This document shows positions 16,133 to 24,203 of a DNA stretch of 32,000 nt, piece after piece (position 1 is the first letter of the stretch; each line of letters starts with the position of its first letter). Made by a program: the position numbers and the translations under genes. The notes under the pieces were generated by a model. That model had not been told where the DNA came from, did no database searches, and saw only the letters and a list, made by a program, of their open reading frames with translations. Origin of the DNA: Propionibacterium freudenreichii subsp. freudenreichii (GTDB taxonomy: Bacteria > Actinomycetota > Actinomycetes > Propionibacteriales > Propionibacteriaceae); contig NZ_CP010341.1 in the NCBI RefSeq assembly GCF_000940845.1, forward strand, positions 1,920,001-1,952,000. Direction: 5' to 3'.

Positions 16133-16843
16133 TCAATCCACAGCATCGCCGGCCGCTTTCGCCGGGTTCGTCGCGGCGTCCTGCACCCGCTGCTCCACCA
16201 GTGCACGCACCAGTCCCCCGGCCGGGCATTCCTCGCTGGTCATCACGAACACCAGGTGGTCGCGCCAGTCACCGTCAATGTGCAGGTAACGGGGCCGCAG
16301 GCCCTCCCGGCGATACCCGAGCTTGTCGACCACGCGCAGGCTGCGTTGGTTCTCCGGACGGATGCAGATCTCCAGGCGGTGCAACTCGAGCACCTCAAAG
16401 CAGTAGTCGGTGGCGATCGCCGCAGCCAGCGGCACCAGGCCGCGGCCCGCATGGCCCTCGTCGATCCAGTAGCCGATCGAGGCGAAACGGCCCGCCCCGT
16501 AGACGATGTCGGCAACCGTCAGCTGGCCGACGATCGGGGCGCGCCTCCTGCGACGTGCCTCCCCGCCGCCTGCCGCCCCGGGGTCCAGGGTCAGCAGCCA
16601 CGACAACTGCGTGGCAGCACGTCCCCGGGCGCGCTGTTCGGCCACCATGCGCCCGAAGGTCAGCGACCGCGGCACGCCCTGCGGCGGCACCGTGGTGTCC
16701 CAGGGGCCGGTCCACTCACGGTTCCGGGCTCTCAGTTGACGCAATTCGGCCGCGTCCCGCCGTTCGATCGGACGCAGCGCGAGCGGGCCGAAGCGCAGTG
16801 TCAGGGGCCAACGGTGTGCCCGGGGCAGGTCCAGGTCGACCAT
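16133..16843 (-). CDS. GNAT family N-acetyltransferase (RimJ/RimL-like).
   Basis: The sequence LRPIERRDAAELRQLRARNREW...IGYWIDEGHAGRGL...LHRLEICIRPENQRSLRVVDKLGYRREG is typical of a GNAT core. Confidence 0.85.
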   Translation of the reverse strand: MVDLDLPRAHRWPLTLRFGPLALRPIERRDAAELRQLRARNREWTGPWDTTVPPQGVPRSLTFGRMVAEQRARGRAATQLSWLLTLDPGAAGGGEARRRRRAPIVGQLTVADIVYGAGRFASIGYWIDEGHAGRGLVPLAAAIATDYCFEVLELHRLEICIRPENQRSLRVVDKLGYRREGLRPRYLHIDGDWRDHLVFVMTSEECPAGGLVRALVEQRVQDAATNPAKAAGDAVD

Positions 16844-16846
16844 GGT

Positions 16847-18133
16847 TCAGTCGCGATCGAGCAGCCAGCAGGTGACCACGGCGCCGGCGGCGATCGTGCC
16901 GAGCTCGGCCGGCAACACGATCAGGGCGTCGGCATCCACCAGGGTGGTGAGGCTGCCCTGGGCAAAGTCCAGGGGCGTCACCGACCATTGTTGGGCGTCG
17001 CGGGTGATCACACCGGCAACCACCTGCATCAGTCCCGCCTCGCCGGAGACGTCCATCGTCAACCGGCAGTCGGCGCTGGACAGCGCCATGTCACGCGCAC
17101 CCATCAGGGTGCGGATCAAGGGGTGTGCGAACAGCTCGAAGGCCACATAGGCCGCCAATGGATCGGCCGGCAGCATGACCACCGGCACCTCGTCTTGGCC
17201 AATGATCCCGAAGCCCTGCAGGCCGCCGGGCTCCATGGCAACCTCGGCAAAATCGGTCTGCCCGAGGGATTTCAGGCTGCGCCCCACCAAGCTGTCCCGT
17301 CCGCCGGCCGTGCCACCGCAGATCACCATCAGATCGGCCCGGATGAGCTGGTCAGAGACCACTTCGGCCACGTCATCGGGCGTGGTTCCGGCCACGGATT
17401 CGCGCCACACCTGGGCGCCATCGGCCTTGGCTGCGGCCGCGACCATGTGCGACGCGGCGTCGCGGCGTCGTTCCGCCATGGAGGCGGGCGCGTCGTCGGC
17501 CAATTGCTCCCCCACGGCCAGCACGACGATCCGCGGGCGAGGGCGGCAGAAGACCTTGTCGAAGCCGGCGCCGGCGAGCAGGCCGATCGCCCGGGCGTCC
17601 AGCTGCTTGCCGGCATGGATCAGCACCTCGCCCATGGCTGCATCGATGCCGGTGGGACGGACGTGTTCTCCGGTCACCACCGGCGCCAGCAACGAGAGCT
17701 CCTGACCCTCGCGGCGCACCTGCGCCAGCGGCAGCACCGCATCGGCACCGGGCGGCATGGGCTGACCGGCATAGACGGGAACCGCCGAGCCGACCTTCTG
17801 CACATCGCCACGCACGCTCAGCTGCACACGCGTGCCCACTGCGGCGTCGCGCACATCGAGCGCAATCACCGCATAGCCGTCGCTCTCGGCCTCGGGCAAC
17901 GGGGGCAGGTCACCGTCGGCCACGAGGTCCTCGCACAGCGACAGTCCCCAGGCGTCGAGCAGGCGCATGCCGAAGGGCATCAGCGGCTGCACCTTCGACA
18001 GCAGGAAGTCACGGTGCGCCGAAACCGACCGCAATCCATTGGCCTGCGGTGCGGGCGCACCGGGCAACGTGGGGTCGGGTTCTGGCTCCGGTTCGGCGGC
18101 GACCGGCGCCTGCTTGCGTCCAAAGAGGGCCAT
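16847..18133 (-). CDS. glp: Gephyrin-like molybdotransferase Glp (MoeA family), 428 aa.
   Basis: ATG 18133 was chosen (MALFGRKQ...). MoeA motifs are present (ESDGYAV, GEHVRPTG, RPRIVVLAVGEQL, ADLMVICGG). It is adjacent to the GNAT and SepX/GlpR-like genes. Confidence 0.85.
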   Translation of the reverse strand: MALFGRKQAPVAAEPEPEPDPTLPGAPAPQANGLRSVSAHRDFLLSKVQPLMPFGMRLLDAWGLSLCEDLVADGDLPPLPEAESDGYAVIALDVRDAAVGTRVQLSVRGDVQKVGSAVPVYAGQPMPPGADAVLPLAQVRREGQELSLLAPVVTGEHVRPTGIDAAMGEVLIHAGKQLDARAIGLLAGAGFDKVFCRPRPRIVVLAVGEQLADDAPASMAERRRDAASHMVAAAAKADGAQVWRESVAGTTPDDVAEVVSDQLIRADLMVICGGTAGGRDSLVGRSLKSLGQTDFAEVAMEPGGLQGFGIIGQDEVPVVMLPADPLAAYVAFELFAHPLIRTLMGARDMALSSADCRLTMDVSGEAGLMQVVAGVITRDAQQWSVTPLDFAQGSLTTLVDADALIVLPAELGTIAAGAVVTCWLLDRD

Positions 18134-18147
18134 ATTGCCTACGATAG

Positions 18148-18861
18148 GTGCATGTCTGGGCCCAACACCGCGGGACGCACCGCGCCCGATGCAGGCGGGC
18201 AGAGCACGCCCCCGCCGCGGGCGGGCCGAACGCGCCCCCCACCGAGGGCGGCCAGAACACAAAGGCGCAGCTGCGTCGCCTCGCGCGCCGCCGCCGGGCC
18301 GACCGCACTGCCGACGAACGCCGCGAGGCCACCCGTGAACTCACCGGGCGCGTGCTCGACCTGGCCCGTGGCCGCATTCCGAACGACGCGGTGATCGCCA
18401 GCTACCTGTCGCTGCCCGATGAGCCGGACACCCATCCCCTGGTCGATTCCTTCCTCGAGGCCGGCTACCGGGTGATGGTGCCCTATATGACCGGCGGACC
18501 GGCCGCCGACGACATCGACTGGGCCTGGTACACCACCGGCTCGGAGCTGTCCCCCGGCGTCCTGGGCATCGATCGACCCCGGGGCGAGCCGCTGGGCGCC
18601 CCTGCGCTCAGCCGGGCGAGCGTGGTGATCCTGCCGGGACTTGCCGGCGGACGCGACGGCTCACGCCTGGGCATGGGTGCCGGCTGGTACGACCGTGCGC
18701 TGGCACACACCCGCCCGGGCACCCTGCTGTGGCTGCTGTTGTTCGATGACGAGGTCACCGACACCCTGCCCCAGGAACCCCACGACCATGCCGTGGGCGT
18801 GATCATCACCCCCCATCACACGATCGTGACCGCCGACAACGGCAACCGCCCGGCCGTGTGA
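18148..18861 (+). CDS. 5-formyltetrahydrofolate cyclo-ligase.
   Basis: The sequence KAQLRR...ASYLSLPDEPDT...VLGIDRPRGEP...VILPGLAGGRDGSRLGMGAGWYDR is typical of the family. GTG 18148 is the only canonical in-frame start upstream of the conserved K-x-x-L-R region, so the start is uncertain. Confidence 0.8.
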   Translation: MHVWAQHRGTHRARCRRAEHAPAAGGPNAPPTEGGQNTKAQLRRLARRRRADRTADERREATRELTGRVLDLARGRIPNDAVIASYLSLPDEPDTHPLVDSFLEAGYRVMVPYMTGGPAADDIDWAWYTTGSELSPGVLGIDRPRGEPLGAPALSRASVVILPGLAGGRDGSRLGMGAGWYDRALAHTRPGTLLWLLLFDDEVTDTLPQEPHDHAVGVIITPHHTIVTADNGNRPAV

Positions 18862-19016
18862 ACGCACCCCGGCAGCCACCTGCCGACCCCGACGTCCGGC
18901 ACGGCGCCGCCGTGGACCATCTCGGGAATAGCGCACCTGATTCGGGTGTTACGTGGATCGCACTTAGAATTGCCGGGGCCCCGCAGCAACGCGAGGCCAT
19001 GAGGACGAGAGACGCG

Positions 19017-19424
19017 ATGCCGACCTACGAATACACCTGCACCGATTGTGGACACGACCTGGAGGTCTTCCAGAAGTTCTCTGACGACCCGTTGACCGTC
19101 TGCCCCGACTGCAACGGCCACCTGCGCAAGGTCTTCAGCCCCGTGGGCGTAGTCTTCAAGGGATCGGGGTTCTACGCCACCGATAACCGCACCTCGGGAG
19201 CCTCGACGGCACCGGGCTCGTCGCTGCACGACACCGAAAGCGCCCACGGCGCCGATTCCTCGCAGGCTTCGGAGTCTGCCACCCACACGTCCGGGGACGC
19301 CTCGACCGGCAGCAGCACCGCCTCCGGAGCCACCACGAGTGGCTCGACGTCGACGTCCGGGTCCACGACGCCCACCGCATCGACTGCCGCAGCCGGCTCC
19401 GGCACGCAGGCCAAGGTGGCCTGA
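19017..19424 (+). CDS. FmdB-family zinc-ribbon protein with a Ser/Thr-rich tail.
   Basis: MPTYEYTCTDCGHDLEVFQKFSDDPLTVCPDCNGHLRKVFS carries two CxxC pairs. ATG 19017 is preceded by GAGGACGAGAGA. Confidence 0.85.
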   Translation: MPTYEYTCTDCGHDLEVFQKFSDDPLTVCPDCNGHLRKVFSPVGVVFKGSGFYATDNRTSGASTAPGSSLHDTESAHGADSSQASESATHTSGDASTGSSTASGATTSGSTSTSGSTTPTASTAAAGSGTQAKVA

Positions 19425-19443
19425 CCGCACCAGCACCCCCGTT

Positions 19444-19489
19444 CCACAGTTCTGCCCGCCTTCCCTGCGGAGGGCGGGCAGAACTGTGG
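19444..19489 (+). terminator. Perfect 17-bp hairpin after the FmdB-like gene.
   Basis: CCACAGTTCTGCCCGCC (19444-19460), a 12-nt loop, then GGCGGGCAGAACTGTGG (19473-19489). There is no U-tract. Confidence 0.5.
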
Positions 19490-19508
19490 ATAACCGCTTG
19501 ACCACCCG

Positions 19509-20165
19509 GTGTGCACACACGGTGTGGGTGTGACTCCTCCCGCTTGGCTCAATTCCCTCGTTCGTGCCGTCCGCTGGCATCGCCGCGGCCTCGGCCTCAT
19601 CGCAGCGGCCATCTGCGTGGTGGCCGTGCTCACCGCACTGGATCCCTCGGCCTCCTCCTCACACACCGTGGTGATCGCGAGTCGTCCGCTGGCCGCAGGC
19701 GTGGCCGTGGGCGCCGACGACGTCACCACCCTGCAGGTTCCAGCCGAGGTCGCCACCTCGGCCACACTGGCCGACCCCGGGGCTGCGATCGGCCAGGTGG
19801 TCGCCGTGCCCCGGCCGGCCGGCACGGTGCTCACCAGCTCAGATTTCGTGGGCAAGGGGCTGGTGGCCGACTCAGACGGGCTCACCCTGGTGCCGTTCCG
19901 CATTGAGGACAAGGGCGTGGCGGGTGTACTGGGCGTCGGCAACCAGATCAGCGTCGTGGGCGCCAACCCGGGCGCCGACACCCGGGTGATTGCCAGCCGG
20001 GTGCGGATCGCGGCCCTCCCCAGCCCGGGTTCCTCGGGCGCGCTGGATGACAGCTCATCGTCGAGCGGGGCGCTGGTCATCGTGGCGGCAGACTCCCGCA
20101 CCGCACGGGAGCTGGCAGCCGCCGCCTCCGAATACACGCTGAGCGTGGTGTTGGAAAGCGATTGA
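19509..20165 (+). CDS. SAF-domain protein (RcpC/CpaB-like), N-terminally membrane anchored.
   Basis: A TM LGLIAAAICVVAVLTAL is followed by VVIASRPLAAGVAVGADDV...LQVPAE. It sits between the FmdB and mscL genes as in other actinobacteria. Candidate starts are GTG 19509, 19524 or 19530. Confidence 0.7.
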   Translation: MCTHGVGVTPPAWLNSLVRAVRWHRRGLGLIAAAICVVAVLTALDPSASSSHTVVIASRPLAAGVAVGADDVTTLQVPAEVATSATLADPGAAIGQVVAVPRPAGTVLTSSDFVGKGLVADSDGLTLVPFRIEDKGVAGVLGVGNQISVVGANPGADTRVIASRVRIAALPSPGSSGALDDSSSSSGALVIVAADSRTARELAAAASEYTLSVVLESD

Positions 20166-20257
20166 CCGGGCTCCCGCGAACCCGCCGACGATGCCCTCCA
20201 GGGGGTGCCGTAGCGTGAAGACCTCCACCGATCCCCTCGAGTGACATGGAGGACAAT

Positions 20258-20701
20258 GTGAAGGGCTTCAAGAACTTCATCATGCGCGGCAGCCTCATCG
20301 ATACCGCTGTCGCCTTCATCATCGGCGCCGCCTTCGGCGCGGTGGTCACCAGCTTCACCCAGATCGTGCTTGACCTGCTGGGCAAGCTCGGCGGCACCCC
20401 GAACTTCAGCAGTTGGGCTCCCGGAGGGGTGCACGTCGGCACCTTCCTCACTGCGCTGATCTCATTCCTCATCCTGGCGGCAGTGGTCTACTTCGCGATC
20501 GTGGTGCCGATCAACAAGATGCGTGAATTGCGCCATCCTGATGCCGAGAAGACCCAGACCGAGGCCGAGATCCTCACGGAGATCCGCGACCTGCTGGCAC
20601 GCAATGAGGCACAGGGCATCGAGCGGGTCAACGACCTCGCGGCGTCCAACAGTCCTTCCCTGGAGGGCCGGACGCAGGCACGCCGTTCAAGCGACGGTTG
20701 A
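20258..20701 (+). CDS. mscL: Large-conductance mechanosensitive channel MscL.
   Basis: The sequence KGFKNFIMRGSLIDTAVAFIIGAAFGAVV...LILAAVVYFAIVVPINK fits MscL. GTG 20258 lies 4 nt after GGAGGA and gives the canonical M-K-G-F-K N-terminus. The track start ATG 20246 is the alternative. Confidence 0.92.
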   Translation: MKGFKNFIMRGSLIDTAVAFIIGAAFGAVVTSFTQIVLDLLGKLGGTPNFSSWAPGGVHVGTFLTALISFLILAAVVYFAIVVPINKMRELRHPDAEKTQTEAEILTEIRDLLARNEAQGIERVNDLAASNSPSLEGRTQARRSSDG

Positions 20702-20747
20702 GGCATCGGCATCGACGGGGCTGCCAGCTGATCCACCCCACTCGCCT

Positions 20748-20773
20748 CTACGGATCAGCCAGCTGATCCGTAG
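20748..20773. terminator. 12-2-12 perfect palindrome between convergent genes.
   Basis: CTACGGATCAGC-CA-GCTGATCCGTAG. It overlaps the stop codon (20755-20757) of the minus-strand gene. Confidence 0.45.
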
Positions 20774-21165
20774 TGCGGCGGCAGATCAGCCATGAGCCGG
20801 CGGGTCTCGGCATCAAGGGGTTGGGAGGCGTCGCGCACCCCTGCGTCGCGGCTGTCCAGGTTGAGCGCGACCACCACCTCGGACACCCAGGCATGGAAGC
20901 GTGCGAACCCGCCGGGAGCGGGGACGCCGATCGGCAGGGCCATGGGCCAGCCCTGCCCGTCATGATGGCGCTGGTCGCGCAGCGCAGCCAGTCGCTGCGG
21001 GGTCCAGCCATGGTCGCGCAGCACCGCCAGTAGCTGCCCCGGCTCACTCACCTCGGGACGTGCACCGCCGAGATAGTGCCCGGTCAACGCGAAACTGGCG
21101 CACTGCGCCAGATCCGGAGCGGATCCGTCAACGGTCGAGTCATCCGACGGGGCGGGACTAGTCAC
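20755..21165 (-). CDS. Hypothetical protein (about 136 aa), start uncertain.
   Basis: GTG 21165 overlaps the upstream stop within GTGACTAG. The alternative start is ATG 21201. No motif was recognised. Confidence 0.45.
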   Translation of the reverse strand: MTSPAPSDDSTVDGSAPDLAQCASFALTGHYLGGARPEVSEPGQLLAVLRDHGWTPQRLAALRDQRHHDGQGWPMALPIGVPAPGGFARFHAWVSEVVVALNLDSRDAGVRDASQPLDAETRRLMADLPPHYGSAG

Positions 21166-22531
21166 CCTGCAACAGCTCCCCGTCGGGCACCGTGCCGCCA
21201 TCCGGGCCCAGGTCAACTGTCCCGCGCACACGCACGCCGGTACCGAAGTGCCAGTCGCCCTCGACGGTCAACGACGTGGCCTCCACCATCCCCAGCGGGG
21301 CGGGGATGCGCTCGTCGAAGTCGTCGACGAACTTGTAGTCAGCACCCAGGTCAACACCCGGAATGCGCTCGACCCGGGCGTGCAGCCGGCCGTCATCACC
21401 GATCGAGTAGACATCGGAGCGCAGCAACAGCAGCTCGTTGGTCTTCTTCACCGGCACGAAGCGATCACGACCCACCAGCAGCACGCGCGCGTCATCGAAC
21501 ACCTCCACCGCAGCACCCATGGCGCTCTCCACCTGGATCACGGCCGGGCTGCTCGGGTCGGTGGGGTCCACCGTCTTCTCATTGCGGATGAGGGGTAGGC
21601 CCATCACCCCGTGTCGCTCATCGAGCTTCTGCTTGAGGGCCACCAGGTCCCACCACAGGTTGTTGGCGTGGAAGTAGCGGTGCACATGCTCGTCGGTGAA
21701 GTACTTCATGTCCTCGGGTGCGGTCTGGGCCGTGTCCCGAAGGATCACCCGACCGTCGGACTTGCGGATCGCCAGGTGCCCGCCCTTCTTGTCGTTCACC
21801 GTGCGCACGCACACCTCGGAGCACCAGTCGCCGCCGGTGGACGCGAACCAACCGGCGATCCTCGCGTCGGGGGCCGCCCCCAGGTTGTCGGAGTTGGACA
21901 CCGCCGCATAGCGATATCCCTTGTCGATCAGCGTGGACAGCAGGCCCGAGTCGTACAGCGCGGCGTAGATGTCACCATGGCCCGGCGGACACCACTCCAG
22001 CTCGGGGTCAGCGGGCCAGTCGACCGGAGAGAGGTCGTCGGCCCGCAGCTTGGGTTCCTTGCTCTGCAGGAAGTCCAGGGGCAGGCCATCCACCGCCAGG
22101 TCGGGATATTCGGCAAGGGCCGCCATCGTGTCGTCATGGGTACTGAAGGAGTCCATCAGCAGCAGCGGCAGCTTGACGCCCCATTGCTGGCGGGTGGCGC
22201 GCACCTGCTGCACCACGATGTCGAGGAAGCTCTTGCCGTCGCGCACCTGCAGCAGGGACTTTGCATGGGCCAGCCCCATCGACGTGCCGAGCCCCCCGTT
22301 GAGCTTGATGAACACCGTCTTCGACAAGGCGTCACGGGCCTGCTGGTCGGTAACCACCACATCGGCCAGGCTTGGGGGGTTCTCGATGGGCCGGATACTG
22401 CTCTCGGGGATGATGCCGGTGGCACCGGTTTCCAACTGCTTGTAGTAGTCGCTGAACACCTCGATGGCGGTGCGTCCGACGCCGGCGGACGCCATCTTGT
22501 CCCGCGCCTGCTGAAGACCTTGCTCGCTCAT
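21158..22531 (-). CDS. UTP--glucose-1-phosphate uridylyltransferase, eukaryotic-type UDPGP family (457 aa).
   Basis: Motifs seen: KLNGGLGTSMG, LLLMDSFSTHDDT, PPGHGDIY, SNSDNLGA, NNLWWDL. Confidence 0.9.
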   Translation of the reverse strand: MSEQGLQQARDKMASAGVGRTAIEVFSDYYKQLETGATGIIPESSIRPIENPPSLADVVVTDQQARDALSKTVFIKLNGGLGTSMGLAHAKSLLQVRDGKSFLDIVVQQVRATRQQWGVKLPLLLMDSFSTHDDTMAALAEYPDLAVDGLPLDFLQSKEPKLRADDLSPVDWPADPELEWCPPGHGDIYAALYDSGLLSTLIDKGYRYAAVSNSDNLGAAPDARIAGWFASTGGDWCSEVCVRTVNDKKGGHLAIRKSDGRVILRDTAQTAPEDMKYFTDEHVHRYFHANNLWWDLVALKQKLDERHGVMGLPLIRNEKTVDPTDPSSPAVIQVESAMGAAVEVFDDARVLLVGRDRFVPVKKTNELLLLRSDVYSIGDDGRLHARVERIPGVDLGADYKFVDDFDERIPAPLGMVEATSLTVEGDWHFGTGVRVRGTVDLGPDGGTVPDGELLQGD

Positions 22532-22933
22532 GGGCTCAGCCTAGCGAGCGGCTGCGGGTGGCACGGGAGCCGTCAACCAACGTCGGATCGGGTGCCACGC
22601 TGCACCACTGACCAACCCCGGACAGATAGGAAGGTGACGTTCCGTCGAGGAGCCGAAGCTGTCTGCCCACCCCCAGGAGACCTACAACGGCGAAACGTCA
22701 CCTTCAACTACCATTTTAGAGCATCTTTCACTGGGTGTAGCACCTCAGGGTCCATCTCTGAGAGGAATTCTCAGATGGTTACGTAAACTCGTACGCCGAT
22801 TCCGCCCCCGCCCACGCAAGTGGCGTGAAACCAGCCGAAAGACGCGTGATCTTGTTGCACACAACGTCGGCTGCCGCTGCAGCCAGCCGAGCGCTGGCAG
22901 CGTCGTCACCGCAGCGGCTAACCTAGGTGCTCT

Positions 22934-23009
22934 GGCCCCGTAGCTCAGGGGATAGAGCAGTGGTTTCCTAAACCATGTGTCGGAGGTTCGAATCCTCTCG
23001 GGGCCGCCA
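22934..23009 (+). tRNA. tRNA-Arg (anticodon CCT), CCA encoded.
   Basis: Acceptor GGCCCCG/CGGGGCC, D arm GCTC-AGGGGATA-GAGC, anticodon arm GTGGT-TTCCTAA-ACCAT, T arm GGAGG-TTCGAAT-CCTCT, discriminator G followed by CCA. Confidence 0.92.
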
Positions 23010-23105
23010 GCATCGTCGCCCGGCCCACTCCGGCGTTGTCACCTGCCCTGAATAGTGTGGAGTCACCACCCCATCAGGAAGACCCACCAGCAAGGAGACA
23101 GGGCA

Positions 23106-23438
23106 ATGAACCGAGAAGACAAGGCCATCGGCTGGCACCTCAACCTGGCCATCCGGGTGAATCCGCCCCTGGCCGACGACAACGAGCTCCTCGACCTGAT
23201 CGAACGGCTGGCGCGCCAACACACGGCGGCCAGCATCTCCCCTGACCACAAGACGATCACCATCGCCTCCACCGTCTATTCACCCGATGTCATGACCGCC
23301 ATCGTGGGCGCGGTGCCGGCCGTGCTGGTTGCCCTGGAACAGGGTGGCTACGACGGCCGGGTGGTGCATGTGGACGCCATGGATGAGCAGGCCTTCATGG
23401 CCAAGCAGTCTGAGCTGACCGACCCGTCGGCGAGCTGA
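23106..23438 (+). CDS. Hypothetical protein (110 aa).
   Basis: ATG 23106 is preceded by AAGGAGA. The track ORF 23055-23438 is trimmed to this start. No motif was recognised. Confidence 0.55.
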   Translation: MNREDKAIGWHLNLAIRVNPPLADDNELLDLIERLARQHTAASISPDHKTITIASTVYSPDVMTAIVGAVPAVLVALEQGGYDGRVVHVDAMDEQAFMAKQSELTDPSAS

Positions 23439-23582
23439 GCCATGCGTCCGCACGACCTGCGGACATGACAAGGCGGCGCCGCAGGCGCCGACCCCACACA
23501 GGGGATCGATCGTCCCGCGACGCCGCTCGATGCCACGGTGGTTGCGCGCTTCAGCCGTGCGCAGCACCACCCGGCGGGTGTC

Positions 23583-24203
23583 TCATTCCAGCTTCAGGAA
23601 GATGCCGGCCTCGATGAGGTCCTCGACGAATCCGCCCGCGGTATCGGTGCGGTTCCAGTCACGCTGCAGCTCGCAGGCGAGCTGGGCAATGCTGATCAGC
23701 TGTGCCCCGGCCTGCTCCACGCGGCGCAGGGCCGTCTGAAGGGCCTCCACCGAGGTGCCGCCCACGGCGTCCACCACCGGATAGACCTCATAGCCCTCAC
23801 GGATCGCGTCGAGGGTGGGGAAGGTGAGGCAGGCCTCGGTCCACAGGGCCGCGATGATCAGCTTCTTGCGGCCGGTCGCCTCCACGGCCTTCTTGAAGTC
23901 GGCGTCCTCCCAGGCGTTGATCGCGGTGCGGTCATAGGAAGGCACCCCGGGCAGCAGCTCCTTGAGCTGGGGGATGGTGTCCTTGTTGCGGCCATTGGCC
24001 ACGTTCACGGTGGACAGCACCACGGGCACCTTGTAGGTCTGAATGATCTTCGTGGTCACGGCGATGTTGTCGATCAACTTCGCCCGGTCCATCGAGTTGA
24101 TCGAGTCCACCTGTGTGGGCTGGTAGTCGATCAACACGAACGCCGAGTTCTCCGGGGTCAGCAGTTCATCCGAGACAGGGTCGCGACGGGTTGCACTAGT
24201 CAT
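23583..24203 (-). CDS. Isochorismatase-family hydrolase (YcaC-like).
   Basis: Motifs seen: SAFVLIDYQPTQV, KVPVVLSTV, LIIAALWTEACLTFPTLDA with the catalytic Cys context. Confidence 0.88.
   Translation of the reverse strand: MTSATRRDPVSDELLTPENSAFVLIDYQPTQVDSINSMDRAKLIDNIAVTTKIIQTYKVPVVLSTVNVANGRNKDTIPQLKELLPGVPSYDRTAINAWEDADFKKAVEATGRKKLIIAALWTEACLTFPTLDAIREGYEVYPVVDAVGGTSVEALQTALRRVEQAGAQLISIAQLACELQRDWNRTDTAGGFVEDLIEAGIFLKLE

Noticed and set aside
16256-18394. 712-aa plus-strand ORF, the longest in the window.
   Set aside because: It is antisense to the GNAT and MoeA/Glp genes, with a His/Gly/Arg/Gln-rich nonsense-like sequence. Both minus-strand genes have clear family motifs.
19172-20434. 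420-aa minus-strand ORF.
   Set aside because: It is antisense to the FmdB tail, the SAF-domain gene and the mscL start. It has no motifs and is a shadow ORF.
22661-22681. Possible 6C sRNA (C-rich loop GCCCACCCCCAGG).
   Set aside because: As I recall it, the 6C RNA needs two hairpins each with a C-rich loop. Only one weak 4-bp stem with a C-rich loop is present, so it was kept only as part of a generic structured-region finding.
21611-22786. 391-aa plus-strand ORF.
   Set aside because: It is antisense to the UDPGP gene, then runs on into non-coding DNA. It has no motifs.
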